From a virus (Duplodnaviria; Caudoviricetes), in IMG/VR virus record IMGVR_UViG_3300047496_000334, positions 2,106 to 66,105 of that record: 64,000 bases of DNA; one strand, written 5' to 3'. Position numbers and translations under genes: made by a program. A model generated the notes under the pieces. It did no database searches and was not told where the DNA came from. It was given only the letters and a program-made list of their open reading frames with translations. Positions within the stretch are counted from its first letter, which is position 1. Each line of letters starts with the position of its first letter. Shown here in pieces: positions 8,797-18,719 of the stretch.

Positions 8797-9189
8797 ATGA
8801 GCATCCATTCAACGATTAAATCTCTTTATGCCATTATGTGCGAAGCACAGGCGCAGCCGGAAAAGTCTAGCAATATGTATGCGCTACTTCGCACCATATC
8901 TGACGAAGAGGTTAATATATCTATCAATCAGCTAGAACATTTGCTTGGGATGCTTAATGAGGTGAGCGATAATTTAAAAAAAATGTATATACTTCATTAT
9001 ACGACTGGCACTGACAGGGAAAATAAGTGCGTTCTTTTTCAGACTGAAGTGGTTTTTGGCAATAGCACGGTAAAATTCACTACTCAATTTGATAAGAAGG
9101 CAACGCAAAGTCTTATTGATGCTTTAAGCATGTCACTGAGCATGGTCAAAGCAGGCGATAAGCTGAGTCGGAAAGAGGGGAATGCGTGA
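8797..9189 (+). CDS. hypothetical protein
   Basis: 130 aa with GAGG RBS, coupled to next gene. Confidence 0.65.
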   Translation: MSIHSTIKSLYAIMCEAQAQPEKSSNMYALLRTISDEEVNISINQLEHLLGMLNEVSDNLKKMYILHYTTGTDRENKCVLFQTEVVFGNSTVKFTTQFDKKATQSLIDALSMSLSMVKAGDKLSRKEGNA

Positions 9190-10139
9190 CCGCCATTCCT
9201 GTTAACGACCCTACCCTTGAAGCTGCCGATGCTGCGCTTTGCGCTAAAGCGGCGCAAGAGAAGCCGCGTGAGTATGTCGGCATGTCGTCCATCGGGGAAT
9301 CTTGCCTGCGAAAGACGTGGTACAGGTTTCGTTTTGCAGCGCGTGAAACATTTGATGCGGCCACTCTCAAACGCTTTGCAGACGGCCATGCTTCGGAAGC
9401 TGTGCAGGCTGACAGATTGCGTCTTGTTCAGGGGGTATCGCTTAAAACCCATATGGCAGACGGCAATCAGTTTCGCTATGTGGATCATAATGGGCATTTT
9501 TCAGGGCATTGCGATGGTAAAATAACAGGCATATTACAAGCGCCAAAAGTTTTACATATATGGGAGCATAAGTCAGTTGGGGAGAAAAAATTCAATGAGT
9601 TTAAGAAAATCAAAGCCGAAATCGGTGAAAAGCAAGCGCTCAGAAAGTGGAATTTCCAGTACTGGATACAAGGTATCCTGTATATGTTTTACGAAGGGGC
9701 AAGTAGACACTATCTTACGGTTTCTACCCCAGGTGTGCGAGATACAGCTAGCTGCCGTACAGAATCTGACAGCGCAACAGCTATTAAATATATTGCGAAA
9801 GGCAAAGAGGTCATAAATTCAGATAAGCCGTTTGACAGGCTAAGCAATGATTCATCGTATTTCGAGTGCCGATATTGCTCTTTTGCCGGTATCTGCCATG
9901 GCAGCGATATGCCAGAGCGCAACTGCAGGACATGTGTCCACGCTTCTCCCATAGAAAACGGGATCTGGCATTGTAGCAGATGGGGTAAAAAACTGACTCT
10001 GGATGAGCAATTGGCAGGATGTCCGGCTCAGCTTTTGCTACCGGGGCTCGTTCCGGGCGAGGTAATTGAGGCTACGGAAAGCTCCATTACATATCGTCTG
10101 AAAAACGGAAATATGTGGACGGATAGTGAAGTAAAATGA
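9186..10139 (+). CDS. Cas4-like PD-(D/E)XK exonuclease
   Basis: YVGMSSIGESC.RK.WY, GHCDG, WEHK, Q...YM, C-terminal CRYC...C plus CRTC. Confidence 0.85.
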   Translation: MTAIPVNDPTLEAADAALCAKAAQEKPREYVGMSSIGESCLRKTWYRFRFAARETFDAATLKRFADGHASEAVQADRLRLVQGVSLKTHMADGNQFRYVDHNGHFSGHCDGKITGILQAPKVLHIWEHKSVGEKKFNEFKKIKAEIGEKQALRKWNFQYWIQGILYMFYEGASRHYLTVSTPGVRDTASCRTESDSATAIKYIAKGKEVINSDKPFDRLSNDSSYFECRYCSFAGICHGSDMPERNCRTCVHASPIENGIWHCSRWGKKLTLDEQLAGCPAQLLLPGLVPGEVIEATESSITYRLKNGNMWTDSEVK

Positions 10140-11743
10140 TGTCCAATCTTTTCTCTCCGGTTCCGGTTCGCAAACAGCTTCGTGACTATCAGTGTGAAGC
10201 TGTTGTCTCTATCTTTGCTTATTTCAAAAAGAAAAAGGGAAATCCACTTGTAGTTATCCCCACGGCTGGGGGCAAAAGCCTTGTACTGGCCGATTTCATA
10301 GGACAGGCGATTGATTTGTATCCTGGCACACGTATAACACTTGTTTCGCATGTTTCAGAGCTTATTGTCCAGAATGCACAGGAATTGGCTGAACACTGTC
10401 CACATCTACGCATTTCATTTTGCAGCGACAAGCTTGGCAGCAAGGATTTGTCTGGCGATGTAGTCATGGGAACTATTCAAAGCATGTATAAACGCGCCCT
10501 TCAATACCCTGTCGCGCCAGAACTTCTTCTAATCGATGAGGCGCATTTGCTCAGCCCCACGGACAGCACCATGTACCGAAGATTCATTGAGGATCTCAAA
10601 ATCATTAATCCTTATTTAAAGGTAGTGGGATTCACAGCAACTCCATTCAGAGCCAATACCGGATATTTGCATAAGGGAAAAAACAGGCTTTTTACCGATA
10701 TATGCTATGAAATAGGAATTATTGATCTTATCAATCGTGGATATCTTGTGCCGCTCGTTACCCCTCAAATTCAGACGCGAATGGACGTACATGGTGTAAA
10801 AATGAGCGGTGGCGATTATGCTGGTGGCGAATTAGAGCGTGCCGTTGATGTGGATATGCTAACGCGGTCATGCGTAAGAGAGCTTATCGAATTTGGGCAG
10901 GATCGAAACAAATGGCTGGTCTTTACTGCTGGTCTGAATCATTGCCTGCATGTACGCGATGAAATAAGAAAATATGGGATAGTATGCGAAATGGTGACAG
11001 GCGATACTCCGACTCCTGAGCGCAATTCTATTCTGTCCCGGTTTAAAAGCGGTGATATAAAATGTGTTGTTAATGTGGGCGTAATGACAACAGGCTTTAA
11101 TAACCCTGCCATTGATTTAATGGCATTTATGCGCCCTACGCGCTCACCAGTGCTATATGTACAAATGGCCGGACGCGGAATGCGTCTGTCTCCTAATAAG
11201 CATGACTGTCTGCTTCTGGATTTTGGCCAAGTGGTAGAAACTTTGGGCCCGATTGATCAGGTGCATATTAAAGAGAAGAAAAAAAGCAAGGGTGATGCGC
11301 CGGTTAAATATTGCCCGGAATGCGGAGCGGAATGTCATGCTGCAGTAGCAAGATGCGGGGATTGCGGTTTTGAATTTCCTACAAACGAACTGGAAATTGA
11401 CAAAGAGGCGTCTGGCGCTGCCGTCCTCTCTACCCAGCTTCAAACGGAAACCTATGATGTCAGCACTGTGTTATATTATCGCCATGTCAAAGAAGGTCGC
11501 CCTGATTCTTTGCGCATAGAATACCTTTGTGGCCCCACCAAGTCTTTTAGGCAATGGATGCTATTTGAAGCAACCGGAGGACTGCGAGAGCAGGCTTGCA
11601 ACTGGTGGCGCACTCATGCCAGCACTACGCCACCCAATACCGTTACCGATGCCTTAGCGCGGTCACATGAGCTTAAAAAGCCTTCAAAGATAGATGTTCG
11701 CCGATCAGGAAAATATTATCCCGTGGTAAGAGAGTATTTATGA
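10136..11743 (+). CDS. SF2 DEAH helicase (YejH/RadD-like) with zinc ribbon
   Basis: LRDYQ, PTAGGKS, DEAH, TATP, QMAGRGMR, CPEC..C.DC. Confidence 0.92.
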   Translation: MMSNLFSPVPVRKQLRDYQCEAVVSIFAYFKKKKGNPLVVIPTAGGKSLVLADFIGQAIDLYPGTRITLVSHVSELIVQNAQELAEHCPHLRISFCSDKLGSKDLSGDVVMGTIQSMYKRALQYPVAPELLLIDEAHLLSPTDSTMYRRFIEDLKIINPYLKVVGFTATPFRANTGYLHKGKNRLFTDICYEIGIIDLINRGYLVPLVTPQIQTRMDVHGVKMSGGDYAGGELERAVDVDMLTRSCVRELIEFGQDRNKWLVFTAGLNHCLHVRDEIRKYGIVCEMVTGDTPTPERNSILSRFKSGDIKCVVNVGVMTTGFNNPAIDLMAFMRPTRSPVLYVQMAGRGMRLSPNKHDCLLLDFGQVVETLGPIDQVHIKEKKKSKGDAPVKYCPECGAECHAAVARCGDCGFEFPTNELEIDKEASGAAVLSTQLQTETYDVSTVLYYRHVKEGRPDSLRIEYLCGPTKSFRQWMLFEATGGLREQACNWWRTHASTTPPNTVTDALARSHELKKPSKIDVRRSGKYYPVVREYL

Positions 11744-11949
11744 CGCCTCATGAAAAATACAGCGCCCTTAAATACCTTGAGATGGCATGGGAGGAAGTTA
11801 ACAAAATAGCAACCCCCACGCCATGCACAGCCTGCGTCAATTGGGAGTTTCCAGGACTTTGTAAATTGTGTAAAATGGCTATACCGGCAGATATTCTTTA
11901 TGAAGGATGCAAGTCATGGAAGTTCGACCCAACCAGCCCGCCTTTTTAA
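11740..11949 (+). CDS. small Cys-rich protein
   Basis: CTAC...C...IP......GC..W; ATGA coupled to helicase. Confidence 0.65.
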   Translation: MTPHEKYSALKYLEMAWEEVNKIATPTPCTACVNWEFPGLCKLCKMAIPADILYEGCKSWKFDPTSPPF

Positions 11950-12102
11950 AGACATGGCAACGCGACAGGCTGTTTGTGAGAATGGCAACTGATAGTTGCA
12001 CAGAATTTCCGCATATTATGCTTTACCCGTGCGGCTTGGGGAGTACTCAGAATATTAAAGATTTGATTGGGATGCGGGCCATAAAAATAGGGGCACTTCT
12101 GG

Positions 12103-12465
12103 CTACGTTGAATGCCTTACACGCGCTTCTGGCAGAGGGGTGACAACCACATGAGCGCCAGTCACATCAGCCCATTCCATCGTTATTTTGTGAATCCAGC
12201 AGTCGTCTGCAATAACGTTCATATGTACTAAAAAATCGCTAATAGCTTTTTCCAGATTGGCTAAGTCACGGGTTCGCATATCGGGCCTGCCGAACTGATA
12301 ATGCGCTTCTAATGGGATTTTTCCCAAAGGAGTAAACGACTGGCTTCTTAGCGCGTTTTGGGCTGTTGTTTCCCAGTATTTATAGCGGCTGCTTTTATAG
12401 CGCCTTCCCTTGCCAGCATAAAGCGCATTGACTGACGGAGGCATGGGAAGAATAAGGTAAATCAC
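12103..12465 (-). CDS. rusA: RusA-like Holliday junction resolvase
   Basis: LPMPPSVN, PD.R.RDLANLEKA.SD, IADD motifs. Confidence 0.85.
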   Translation of the reverse strand: MIYLILPMPPSVNALYAGKGRRYKSSRYKYWETTAQNALRSQSFTPLGKIPLEAHYQFGRPDMRTRDLANLEKAISDFLVHMNVIADDCWIHKITMEWADVTGAHVVVTPLPEARVRHST

Positions 12466-12468
12466 TTG

Positions 12469-12612
12469 TCAACCCTCATCCTCTTTATTGGCCATAGCGC
12501 GCAAGGCCCGTATATCGCACTGCAATATTTCTATAATTTTTTCCAGTTTGGAAACCCGGTTTTCTATGGTGGGAAGCGGGATAACTGACGTTTCTTCATC
12601 TAATGGGCGCAT
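12469..12612 (-). CDS. small coiled-coil hypothetical protein
   Basis: 47 aa (MRPLDEETS...IENRVSKLEKII), GGAG RBS, read manually. Confidence 0.5.
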   Translation of the reverse strand: MRPLDEETSVIPLPTIENRVSKLEKIIEILQCDIRALRAMANKEDEG

Positions 12613-12635
12613 AACATCTCCTTTTTATTTTATGC

Positions 12636-12682
12636 TTGACTTTTTATGGGTTTTTTATATCATCATAGTTATGAACTGTCAA
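12636..12682. promoter_or_regulatory. overlapping divergent sigma70-type promoters
   Basis: minus: TTGACA(12682-12677)-17-TATAAA; plus: TTGACT(12636)-16-TATCAT. Confidence 0.55.
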
Positions 12683-12694
12683 TAGAAAAAGCCA

Positions 12695-12862
12695 ATGGCG
12701 AGAAAGCCAAAACAATCTGCTGAAGATGCAGAAGATACGGCGCCTGAATGGCCCGTAATTGATTCCTACACTACAAAAGAAGGTCTTTTTGTGAAGATAT
12801 ACAAAGAGGCATATTGCGTCCCGACCAGCAACCCATTCAGCGCGCGCGGACGACACCTTTAG
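12695..12862 (+). CDS. hypothetical protein
   Basis: 55 aa (MARKPKQSAEDAED...) downstream of the + promoter, read manually. Confidence 0.45.
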   Translation: MARKPKQSAEDAEDTAPEWPVIDSYTTKEGLFVKIYKEAYCVPTSNPFSARGRHL

Positions 12863-13248
12863 CCGGATAATTCCATGTGATCCCAGTCCCGGAATCCTTC
12901 GGTCCAGTCTCCTCCCCAATTTAAGCCCAATGCCTTGCCTATTGCAGCAAAATCAGCATAATAAGGATGTTCTCCATTTGCTATATAATGCCCGTCATCC
13001 GTAAAAACAGCAAAGTCAAAGGCGCGGGAAGCCGGTTTCCCGTCTATAGTGACGTTGTGCTTCCCTTCACCTGATTTGCACCTGGACAAGCCTGCGTCAT
13101 AGGCAGCCTGCTGGTCGGCATCTGAGCGCCATGTAACTATTATAGCGGCAGTTCTTCGTTCCGGGTAAGTAGATTTATAGGTATCAAGGCAGTCCTGGGC
13201 AATAGGCTGAAGCACGGGGTCTAAATCTGATAAATTTCTATCTGCCAT
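12859..13248 (-). CDS. endolysin, M15-family (L-Ala-D-Glu type) peptidase
   Basis: R....Q...Y..G, G.HN, AFD, WGGDW...DWDH.E motifs. Confidence 0.85.
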   Translation of the reverse strand: MADRNLSDLDPVLQPIAQDCLDTYKSTYPERRTAAIIVTWRSDADQQAAYDAGLSRCKSGEGKHNVTIDGKPASRAFDFAVFTDDGHYIANGEHPYYADFAAIGKALGLNWGGDWTEGFRDWDHMELSG

Positions 13249-13285
13249 ATGGATCCTTTATACTGAGTATGACACGGTAACGTTC

Positions 13286-13468
13286 ATGGACTTGATTCAG
13301 CTTATCCTCATTTTAGCAGTACTTGGCTTCGTGTGGTATTTAGTTACCACTTTTATTCCGATGCCAGCTCCCATAAAAACAGTAATCACCGTTATTGCTG
13401 TTCTGGCACTTTGTCTTGTACTTCTTAATTTATCGGGGATAGGAAACTATCGAATCGGGCATTTTTAA
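13286..13468 (+). CDS. small two-TM membrane protein (Thivi_2564-like)
   Basis: LILILAVLGFVWYLV..IPMPAPIK.VI.VI pattern; opposite strand to neighbours. Confidence 0.65.
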   Translation: MDLIQLILILAVLGFVWYLVTTFIPMPAPIKTVITVIAVLALCLVLLNLSGIGNYRIGHF

Positions 13469-13773
13469 TGGTGCATAAAATTCAATATACCGTTGATTCC
13501 AATCAAAATGCCCATGCCAATATACACATTTTTTTGCAATGATTTTATGTTGGCGTTAATTTCTGACTTTATTGTTTCCTGCGCTTCTGTATTATCATCT
13601 CTGGTCTTTTCCATAATTTCAAATAGCCGTGGGATTCCGGCAAGCCGGTCTTTAATGTTGGTATATCGCTCTGCGCATACGAGTTCATGTGAGCTGATGC
13701 CAGTCATTGCCTGATCCGCCATTTTTTGTGCTGCCATTGCCATATCGCGTACCGCTAAAATCTCATTGTCCAT
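13465..13773 (-). CDS. coiled-coil protein with C-terminal TM (holin-like candidate)
   Basis: HELVCAERY motif, hydrophobic C-terminus, near endolysin. Confidence 0.55.
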   Translation of the reverse strand: MDNEILAVRDMAMAAQKMADQAMTGISSHELVCAERYTNIKDRLAGIPRLFEIMEKTRDDNTEAQETIKSEINANIKSLQKNVYIGMGILIGINGILNFMHH

Positions 13774-13801
13774 CACATCACCTAAAATCTCTATCGTTTT
13801 T

Positions 13802-15682
13802 TTAAGCTGCTCTGCCAGCTTGTGTTTTTTTAACCAGTTTATTAACACTTACTCTTTGTCTGGGTGTAATGACAGCGCCGCCACGCTTTTTTCCGCTAGC
13901 CAGATTTTGCAAAGTGCTGACTGCTGCATCATATTCAGGGTTATGCACCTTGCTGCCAACTTGCTCCATGGATGTTGCATTTTGAAACTGCTTAATGGGA
14001 ACCCCGGCATTCTGGGCTGCAAATTGGCCAAGTTCAGATCCGCCACGCATTTGGGATCCGCGCACATCAACACCGCCACTGTCTGGCGCGCCTATACCAG
14101 CAACGGGGGATTTGACCTCAGATATGGGGCTGACAGAATTAGGTATAGGCGCGGGAGCAGTAGTTCCCACTTTATTGGTATAATAATTAGGGGGAGCTGG
14201 AAGTAGCTTTTGAGAGGGGACCGGCGAGAAACCCTTATTTCCAAGGGTAGGATCAACAGGCTGCACGGGAACGCTCTTGCTTTCAATGTCTTTCAAAATA
14301 TTATCAGCCATGCCTCGGACAACTTGCGCACGAATAGCATTTGCAGCAGTCCCGGCCACAACGGGGGCAGCAATAGCTGCGGCGGTAATAGGATTGCCCA
14401 ATGCCAGTGCAGTTAAAGATGAACCAGATTCAAAAACAGGGACTGTGGTTCCACTCCCCATAAAACCTGCTTTTCCGACAGTCTCCAATGCCTTATTTAT
14501 TCCGGTAGGATGGGCTAAAATCTTAATAGCGTTTTGCTGATCAGGGGTAAATCTACTTAGAGAATCCGTGTCGTCAAAAAGATCTTTAAATTTAGATTGT
14601 ATGGCGTTGGGATTGCCATTGGCCTGTCTTAGCATCTCTGCTATATCACTATGATTTTGCTCTAACGCGCTGGCAGCTCTGGCAGCTTTTATAGCTGGCA
14701 CTGCATCTGCTGTTCCGCCTGTTAATGCAGCAGGATTGGATTCAATGCCGTCAAGCATTTTATCTATACTTTTAATACCTTGTTTTGCAGCGTAAATATC
14801 TTCTGCCCCTGCATTAGAGTCATATGCAATACGGCCAAGTTGTTTTCGTGTATTATCTATAGATTCAAGATTAAGACCGCTCTCAGCTTTTTTATCAAAT
14901 ATGTTTAATGCGCCGATAGTCTTTGGATGTAAGCCTGGATCTACAGTCCCCACATCATTGCGCAGGGTTTGCGCAGCCGCATCACTGGCATCAGGCGATA
15001 GTACAACGCCTAATTGGTGGGCCTTTTCATAGGCAGACGAAGTATTAGAAGACAATGCATTGTTTGCCGATTTTATATCATCATAGGGGCGTGGCTTTAA
15101 GGGAAAATTATCACCAGACTGGTTGTTGGCAAATATATTTCTGGAAGCATTTTCTTCGCCAAGACTAGCAGCAGCATTTGCACCTTTTCCAATTAAAGAT
15201 GCGCCATCCACTGCACCGGCTATTGTCCCGGAGCCTGCAATAATATTGCCAATATCCTGAGCGCCCTTAACTATATTGGGATGATTCTGATTAAGAGAAT
15301 TTCCCACTTGCCCTGCATCAATTGCGGCTTGCTCTGTTGCAGGACTGTCTATGGCATTAGCAATTTTCTGTGCACCCGATTGAGCAGCATTTCCCGCTGC
15401 ATTCGCTGCTGTTGAATATCCAGGTATTTTTTGAATTACATCGCTAGTAATATCAGCGGGAATTTTATATAGAGAGCCCACAGTGTCAAGACCAGCCATT
15501 AATGGATTGGAATCTTGCAATCCAGATTTTGCAGAATTCCAATCTTTACTCACATCACTTTTTATTTGAGAACCCAGTGAAGGAGTAAGATAAGATTTGA
15601 TAGCATCATCTACTACGCCATCTGGCGTGCCATCCGGAAATTCATGGATTGTACCATCAGGGGTTTGAGCTTGAATGGTCAT
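13802..15682 (-). CDS. internal virion / DNA ejection protein
   Basis: 626 aa, Ala/Gly-rich helical; N-terminal PDGT.HEFPDGTP; last of the ejection-gene block. Confidence 0.7.
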   Translation of the reverse strand: MTIQAQTPDGTIHEFPDGTPDGVVDDAIKSYLTPSLGSQIKSDVSKDWNSAKSGLQDSNPLMAGLDTVGSLYKIPADITSDVIQKIPGYSTAANAAGNAAQSGAQKIANAIDSPATEQAAIDAGQVGNSLNQNHPNIVKGAQDIGNIIAGSGTIAGAVDGASLIGKGANAAASLGEENASRNIFANNQSGDNFPLKPRPYDDIKSANNALSSNTSSAYEKAHQLGVVLSPDASDAAAQTLRNDVGTVDPGLHPKTIGALNIFDKKAESGLNLESIDNTRKQLGRIAYDSNAGAEDIYAAKQGIKSIDKMLDGIESNPAALTGGTADAVPAIKAARAASALEQNHSDIAEMLRQANGNPNAIQSKFKDLFDDTDSLSRFTPDQQNAIKILAHPTGINKALETVGKAGFMGSGTTVPVFESGSSLTALALGNPITAAAIAAPVVAGTAANAIRAQVVRGMADNILKDIESKSVPVQPVDPTLGNKGFSPVPSQKLLPAPPNYYTNKVGTTAPAPIPNSVSPISEVKSPVAGIGAPDSGGVDVRGSQMRGGSELGQFAAQNAGVPIKQFQNATSMEQVGSKVHNPEYDAAVSTLQNLASGKKRGGAVITPRQRVSVNKLVKKTQAGRAA

Positions 15683-18600
15683 TGGATGCGATTCCCATTT
15701 GCATCATAACGAATAACAGTTGATGGCGCCGAAGCTGCTGATGATGATTGTGTGGGTATCTTGGCCAACCTTTGTTGCTCAGGAGATTGATAGGACGGCA
15801 GGTATGCCTTGCCAGAATGGATATCCTGCGCGCGCTGTGTTTCATTTTGGATAAGGTCATTAAGTTTGGATTGAATATGGGCGACAACAACTGCTTTCTG
15901 CTCAGGAGAGGCCGATTTATTGACGCTCAGCTCATTTTGCAGCCCTTCAAATTCTTTAGACAAAACGCGGCCAGTTCCGCCGAATGTTGAACGTATGTTA
16001 TCCAGCACATTGCCCATAGAATCATAGTTTTGCAAAACAGTAGCCTTAGCACGATCAGGGTCTGAAAAAACAGGCAACTGGTTTCTGTCGGCAAAATCTT
16101 TAAGTGTGTGCATATCGCCGCTGGATGCGGTGGGAATCTGATTCACAAGGTCATCCACCTTTGATTTTTGATCAATTAAACTGGGCAATACCATATTTTC
16201 TGCAGCAATATCTTTTGGTTGCTGCTTAGTTATCAAATTTTTATATGCATACATCTGAAACGGAGTAAGCGGCGTTCCATCAACATCTTTAGGAGCGCTA
16301 TTGCTCTGCGCGCCCTGCGCCCCAGCACCCCCGGAATTTCCTGTAAAATCCATGGGGATGAATTTTCCAGTTGTTTTGTTGAACGTCCCTGTTGGATTGC
16401 CAAACATATCTTTGATAACTTCATTGCGGTTTTGCTGAAGCTCCTGTTGGCGAACGCCAAGCTCACCTTGTTGATACTGCGCCTGATTAGCATCCTTTAA
16501 TTTCTCTTCGCCAAACTGGTTCTTGGTATTTTCAGCTTCATCCATCAGTTTTTGCGCATTCTGGTGAAATGACCCCTGCTGATAATTTTCCTGATCAGCA
16601 TTTTTTTGCTGTTCAGCATAATTATTAATGCCAATCAATCCACCTTGGCCAATATCAACAAGGGGATTGCGCGAGCGACCCGCCAGTGTGCCAAGAACGC
16701 CTGCGGCAACGGAAAGCCATGGATTAGCCTGATGCGGCTGAGGCATGTCTTCAAGGTATCCGGATGTATTGGCAGGATGGTCAGGAGCATTGGTAGGGGG
16801 AGTGGGGGGCGGCATATTATCATTTTTTGCTGAAGTCTGACCATCGCCCATTGCGGCCATTACCTTGTCTGGGTATGCCTGTGTCTCAGATGGCAAGTCA
16901 GAGACTGATGAATTGCCGTTAGCGACATTATCGAGTCTTCCTGGGCCGCCATTATAAGCCATTAAGGCCATATTTTCATCGCCGTTAAAATGATTAAGCA
17001 TGGCATTATGGTAATCGCTGGCAAATCGCCTTTCATCTCCTGGACCCTGATACGGAGTCACACCATACCCAGGGTCTGCTGCCGTTGCTGGCATAATTCC
17101 ATAAGCGCTGAACGCACCTGCGGGAGAAACTGCATCAGGATTATTACCACTTTCTACTTGAGCGATAGCTGGCATAATGCCCCCGCTATTGCTATCATCG
17201 CTGCCGCCTGCGTCAAAATGTTTAGGCACAATGCCGCCGCGCGCCATAGCGCCGCTGCCAACGTTTGGCATATATTCTTTTTGCTTAAGCGCAGCCTGCA
17301 CGGCCTGTCCCTGCGGAGTGCCGGGCGGCAGACGTTGAGCAAGTTGCTGGAGTTGCTGCAGAGTCATTTGTGAATAATTGCTTGTTTGGTTATTTTGCAG
17401 CGGATTGGTTGTCTGGGTAAAAGGGGTGACACCTCCGGCATCTCTCTTTGGTATAATGCCGCCGCCTTTTGCAGCTTTTGCGCTATAGATATTGTTCAAA
17501 TCAGCCTGATTTGCTGAATTTAACCCAGCAACAATCCCTCCGGTATATGCTTTGCCTGAATTGCCCGCTCCACTTGCCAGAAATTGAGCATAGGTTGGCG
17601 CAGTTGGCATCGATATCGAAGCTGGTGCAGCCGCAGCTGTAGGCGCAGTTGCTGCTGCCTGCGGCTGTAAATCTGCGGGCAAGTCCCCGGACCAGCCTAC
17701 GCCGTTAGGGGTGTTTACCGTAGCGCCAGAAGGAATATCGCCTGCACTATAAACACCTACAGAGCCCGGCGAAGCATTGTTAAAGTAGGTTCCGCTTTCC
17801 GGGTCATAGGTGTAAGATGCCGCGCCTCCGGAGTCATAATGCTTCTTGCCAGTGATTCCGCCGCCACGTTTAAATAATCCCTCTGAAGGCTGAGTAGTGG
17901 AGCTTGTGCTGGAGCCGCCCTCATTGCTTCCGATGCCTTCAGCGATATTGCCAAGCCATCCTGTAGTCTGGAAGGGATAAGCCTGCTCCTGCAGGAACTG
18001 CTCATAGGGGACATTAAGCTCAGCCTGAGCCTGCTGTTGCTGCAATTGACCGGCATTTAACTGGGCGCTTGCTCCGGTGAGGCCATTGCTGAGGGCTGAA
18101 GTTCCAAGCTGGTTTTCTCCAAGTCCGGCGCTTTCCTGCAAATACTGGCTAGCTTCCTGAGCGCCAAGGCCAGCTTGCTGCTCAGTATTGGCTTCCTGCT
18201 CTGCTGTAGTATAGCCTGCATTTTCAATACCGGCATTAGTAGCATTATTTGCAAGCGCCTGTTGGCCGCCTAAGATGCCCTGCGCGACAGCAGAACGATC
18301 GCCGCCCCACGCGCCGCTGGATATAGCATTGCCCTGAAGCTGTGCTTGTTGTTGCGCATCCTGGTTGTTTTCAGCGGCCATCGTTGTATTGAGCACGCTT
18401 TGAGTATAGGGACTTTCATAGCTCTGTATTTGCGATCCGGTGACAGTCTGCGGATTGATAGTCTGGCTTGCCTGCCCCAGCAGATTGCTGGCCTGCTGAG
18501 TATAGGGCGCAGTAATGCCCTGCATATTGTCAATAGTATTGTATGCACTCTGTTCTTCAGGAGTAGTGCCCGCGACAATTTGACCGCCATATTGATTGAG

Positions 18601-18714
18601 CGGTTGACTGGCAACCTGATTGGCCTGCTGAGTTACTTGATTGTACTCAGCCAACACGTCCGGAGGGACTGTGCTGCTAGTATTTGAGGTTGTAGTTCCA
18701 CCGCCGCCTGACAA
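15679..18714 (-). CDS. ejection protein with lytic transglycosylase (SLT) domain
   Basis: Gln-rich N-terminal region with GAWGGDR; QVESG.NP.AVSPAGA...GIMPAT and ALMAYNGGPG SLT motifs; TTG start. Confidence 0.85.
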   Translation of the reverse strand: MSGGGGTTTSNTSSTVPPDVLAEYNQVTQQANQVASQPLNQYGGQIVAGTTPEEQSAYNTIDNMQGITAPYTQQASNLLGQASQTINPQTVTGSQIQSYESPYTQSVLNTTMAAENNQDAQQQAQLQGNAISSGAWGGDRSAVAQGILGGQQALANNATNAGIENAGYTTAEQEANTEQQAGLGAQEASQYLQESAGLGENQLGTSALSNGLTGASAQLNAGQLQQQQAQAELNVPYEQFLQEQAYPFQTTGWLGNIAEGIGSNEGGSSTSSTTQPSEGLFKRGGGITGKKHYDSGGAASYTYDPESGTYFNNASPGSVGVYSAGDIPSGATVNTPNGVGWSGDLPADLQPQAAATAPTAAAAPASISMPTAPTYAQFLASGAGNSGKAYTGGIVAGLNSANQADLNNIYSAKAAKGGGIIPKRDAGGVTPFTQTTNPLQNNQTSNYSQMTLQQLQQLAQRLPPGTPQGQAVQAALKQKEYMPNVGSGAMARGGIVPKHFDAGGSDDSNSGGIMPAIAQVESGNNPDAVSPAGAFSAYGIMPATAADPGYGVTPYQGPGDERRFASDYHNAMLNHFNGDENMALMAYNGGPGRLDNVANGNSSVSDLPSETQAYPDKVMAAMGDGQTSAKNDNMPPPTPPTNAPDHPANTSGYLEDMPQPHQANPWLSVAAGVLGTLAGRSRNPLVDIGQGGLIGINNYAEQQKNADQENYQQGSFHQNAQKLMDEAENTKNQFGEEKLKDANQAQYQQGELGVRQQELQQNRNEVIKDMFGNPTGTFNKTTGKFIPMDFTGNSGGAGAQGAQSNSAPKDVDGTPLTPFQMYAYKNLITKQQPKDIAAENMVLPSLIDQKSKVDDLVNQIPTASSGDMHTLKDFADRNQLPVFSDPDRAKATVLQNYDSMGNVLDNIRSTFGGTGRVLSKEFEGLQNELSVNKSASPEQKAVVVAHIQSKLNDLIQNETQRAQDIHSGKAYLPSYQSPEQQRLAKIPTQSSSAASAPSTVIRYDANGNRIQ

Positions 18715-18719
18715 ATTTT

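Noticed and set aside
9186-10139. Cas4 as part of a CRISPR-Cas system
   Set aside because: No cas1/cas2 or array; it sits in a Sak4-SSB-helicase module typical of phage recombination exonucleases
15679-18714. Tape measure protein of a long-tailed phage
   Set aside because: No tail tube, sheath, baseplate or tail chaperone genes; the order adaptor-nozzle-fiber-GNAT-ejection fits a podovirus
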